Of a stretch of 64,000 nucleotides of DNA, positions 61,003 to 64,000 are shown piece by piece. Below the pieces are notes generated by a model. That model saw only the letters and a program-made list of their open reading frames with translations. It was not told the origin of the DNA and did no database searches. The position numbers and the translations under genes are program-made. The stretch is from the human T2T-CHM13v2.0 reference genome, Homo sapiens. The stretch's first letter is position 1; the number at the start of each line of letters is the position of its first letter. The stretch lies in assembly GCF_009914755.1 (NCBI RefSeq), contig NC_060928.1. One strand, written 5' to 3'.

Positions 61003-61138
61003 ATGCATCATTTGAACCTTCTGTAGCATTGGCAAGCCTTGTGCAGCATATTCCTCTTCAGATGATTACAGTTCTCATCAGGAGCCTTACTACGGATCCA
61101 AATGTAAAAGATGCAAGTATGACCCAAGCCCTTTGCAG
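61003..61138 (+). CDS. USP38: USP38 coding exon 2 (136 nt); gene continues beyond the window
   Basis: Acceptor AG at 61001-61002, donor GCAG|GTACTT at 61139; G+AT joins exon 1 in frame to give ...SST-DASFEPSVALASLVQHIPLQMITVLIRSLTTDPNVKDASMTQALCR. Confidence 0.94.
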
Positions 61139-63469
61139 GTACTTCTTCATGACACTATTAATGGTAATTGTAGATTTGGGGAAGAGGAAGTATTTTGTAT
61201 TTTGTGAGTAATGAAAAACTTACGAATGTTTAAAACTAAAATCATGGAATGACATATGTAAAGATTCTCCAAATAGATTGGAATTGTTTATAGCGTTGAC
61301 AGGCATCCCAATAATTCACAAATCTATTTTCAATTCAACTTTTTTTAATTACCAAAATATACACACATATACACATATTATACACTCAGATGTTGATTGG
61401 ATTATCAGTATACAGTATTTCACTGCCCATTATTGTTTCCTGCAACCTATTTCTTTCTTCTGCGTTTTTTTTTCTTTCTTCCTTAGTAAGTATATACTTT
61501 ACTTTCTCTTTCAACCAGGCTCAATGTGTAATACACTCTTTGCCTTTGCCTGTTTGAACTTTTTTTCTTTCTCAGTTTTAAATAGATGATTTGGCAAGAT
61601 ACAGAATTCTAATTTGATAGCCATTTTCTCTTAGCATTTTAAAAATAATACTGTATTACCTTTGGGCATCTGTTGTTGCTCGTGGGAAGTCAGCTGTCAA
61701 TCTGACTGTCATTCCTTTGTGAGTAGTCAGCTTGTCTGGAAACTTTTATGTTCTCTTTATCCTTGATGTTCTGTAATTTTATTCTTGCATTTCTAGGTAT
61801 AATCTTAATATTATTTGCCCTTCTTAGCACTTTGGCACTTTTATTCAGTCATTCATTCATTTATTCAAACCACACTTACTGAGTACTTACCATGAGTGCC
61901 AGGCAGTGTTCAAAATGTCCTCAAACAAACTGATAAAAATATCTGCCTTTATAGGCTTGCATTCTAGTTGGGGAGGCAGACAGTAATTTAATAACACACT
62001 TCACTGATTCCAACATGTCTTCTAATTTCAAAGATGTTTAAATGTAGAAATGCCTAGTCATTCATGTCCTAGTTAAATTGGCACGGCTTTTCTTGCCTTA
62101 GTGGTATATAAGCTAATTATGCATCTTAAAATTGGTTTTGTTTTAGATTTGATTAAATATGATAAGTAAAATAATTTAGTATGTTAGATAGTGATACATG
62201 TTTGAAAAAAAAGCAGACAAAAAGAGGGATAGGAGTAGACAGGAAGGGGGACAGGTTGTGAGGAAGTGGTTTGCAATTTTAAATAAGATGGATGAAGAAG
62301 GCTTCACTAAGGTAACCATGAAGTGAAGACATGAAGGATGTGAAGTAGCAAACCTGTGGATATCTGAGGGGAAGAATATCAGTACTATTTTATAGTTCAC
62401 TAATTTTCTCTTCAAAGGTGCTCATCTGTAGAGCTTACTTAGTTACTGAGTTTCTTTATTTCAATGACTATTTTTTTCTAATTGAGTTTTTTGTGTCTGT
62501 CTGTTCTTATTTAATACCTGCCTGTTTTTGTTTTTTAATTCTTTTCCTGCATGTGTGTGTATATTAAGCACATTTACATACAATATAAGGATTTGGACAA
62601 AATGGTTTCTGTGCCCCTGTTATAAAATTATAAGGTAACATATAAACTGAGCTATTCATATTGAGTTCTCAGCTGCATTTGTACTAACTTCACTCTCTGT
62701 AACACAAACTCTGGGGACTTTGATTTTCTCCACCGTATCCCCCTTTTCACTTCATTGTTTAAAAAGGTCTTCCTCTTCTAGCGTTTCTTCTTTCTTTTTG
62801 TGCTCTTAAACATAATTGAATCAATTTATCTGTAACTTTTACTTCCAGTTTCATACTATTCATTCCCTCTTTGACTTTCGAGATTTGTGAAGGTGCTTTG
62901 TACGTTTGAGAAAACTCTTATGTAAATGTTTTTCCTGTTGTGTGACCTCTACCCCCATTGCTTTTAATTTTGATGATCCCCTTGCTGTGTTTGATAATCT
63001 GTATTTTTATTCTCATCTCCTTGATATCTTTCTATTCATTGTTCTTGAAATTTTTGTCTCTGACACCATACTGTTAGGAATTTCTTTCTGTATCTATTCT
63101 TTTTATTTTCTTCCTTCCCATTATTATCATCACTTTATCAGTTCTGATCTGTATGTAGTTGACTTCCAAGTCTTTATGTGAAGTTCTCATTGTTCATTTA
63201 TTTTTAAGAAACTGTTATCTTGTTCATCTCCTCATAATGTAACTCCTTCTGTGCCGTATTTAGCAGCAGCACACTTTTGTCAGTGTGACTGTAACAGCAC
63301 TAAAGTGTCTTTCTCTTTGGGATGAATGTATTATAACTTCTATTTCCTCCTAGTAAAACACATTCAGAGAATTACAGATTTTACAGCTGGAAGTGAAATT
63401 AGAAATTAGTTGGTCCATCACTTTCATTGCATAGGGTAATAGCAGATTTTCTTTACATGACATAAACTA

Positions 63470-63620
63470 TTTAATACTCACCACAGTCTTTTGAAATAGG
63501 TACTGTTATTGGCCCCATCTCATAGTTGAGGAAACTGAGAGGTTAGATAATTTACCCAAGCTCGTTCAGGTAATAAACAGTGAATCCAGTATTTGAACTT
63601 AAATCTGGCTCCCAGTTATG
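63470..63620 (-). mobile_element. MIR fragment
   Basis: MIR core gaggaaactgaga...aatttacccaag; similar MIR pieces near 2180-2380, 7410-7640, 12415-12600, 20960-21170, 55800-56000. Confidence 0.75.
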
Positions 63621-64000
63621 ATATAGTCACCAATGAAGAAACAAACCAGGGTAGTCAAGTTTCTCACTTAGGGTCACTCTCTTAGAGGCAGAACTTATCT
63701 TCATGGCCTGATGTTGGTGTTTATTTTTTCTCTTTTTTTACTTAAATTGACAGTAATTCTAGATATCTGGTCACAAACCTATAAGCAATTTTCAAATCCA
63801 TCCTTTCATTCCCTTTGATTAACATAATTAATAAGTCCTTTGGATTATTTCTTTAGGACATTTCTTAAAATGATGCTTATTCTATCCCCACTACCTTGAA
63901 GAAATCAGGCTTTCCTCGTTGCACAGTTTTTTAGTTGGTCTTTTTGCTAGCAGTGACTTACTTTTCTTATGTCAATCATGTGGACTCCTGATTTTTCTCT

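Overview
Primate (most likely human) genomic DNA, not microbial. About 57 kb of repeat-dense intergenic sequence precedes the CpG-island promoter and the first two coding exons of the deubiquitinase gene USP38 (+ strand, ATG 58628). The upstream region holds three near full-length dead LINE-1s (L1PA7-like +, L1MA-like -, L1PA4/5-like +), seven Alus, several solo LTRs, an LTR-less class I ERV pol/env fragment, Tigger/hAT DNA transposons and old L2/MIR/HAL1 debris. Almost all other ORF-track entries are repeat-derived or spurious. I found no credible new multi-gene system. The best signals are mechanistic fossils: an L1 with a 327-bp 5' transduction defined by a displaced 17-bp TSD; a twin-primed L1 insertion whose non-inverted part is a 3' transduction; an ERV fragment apparently captured at a deletion; a tiny L1-made retrocopy of an LTR transcript end; several locally templated insertion scars; and a uORF/overlapping-uORF arrangement in the USP38 leader. 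Repeat subfamily names come from recalled consensus sequences and need RepeatMasker/Dfam confirmation.
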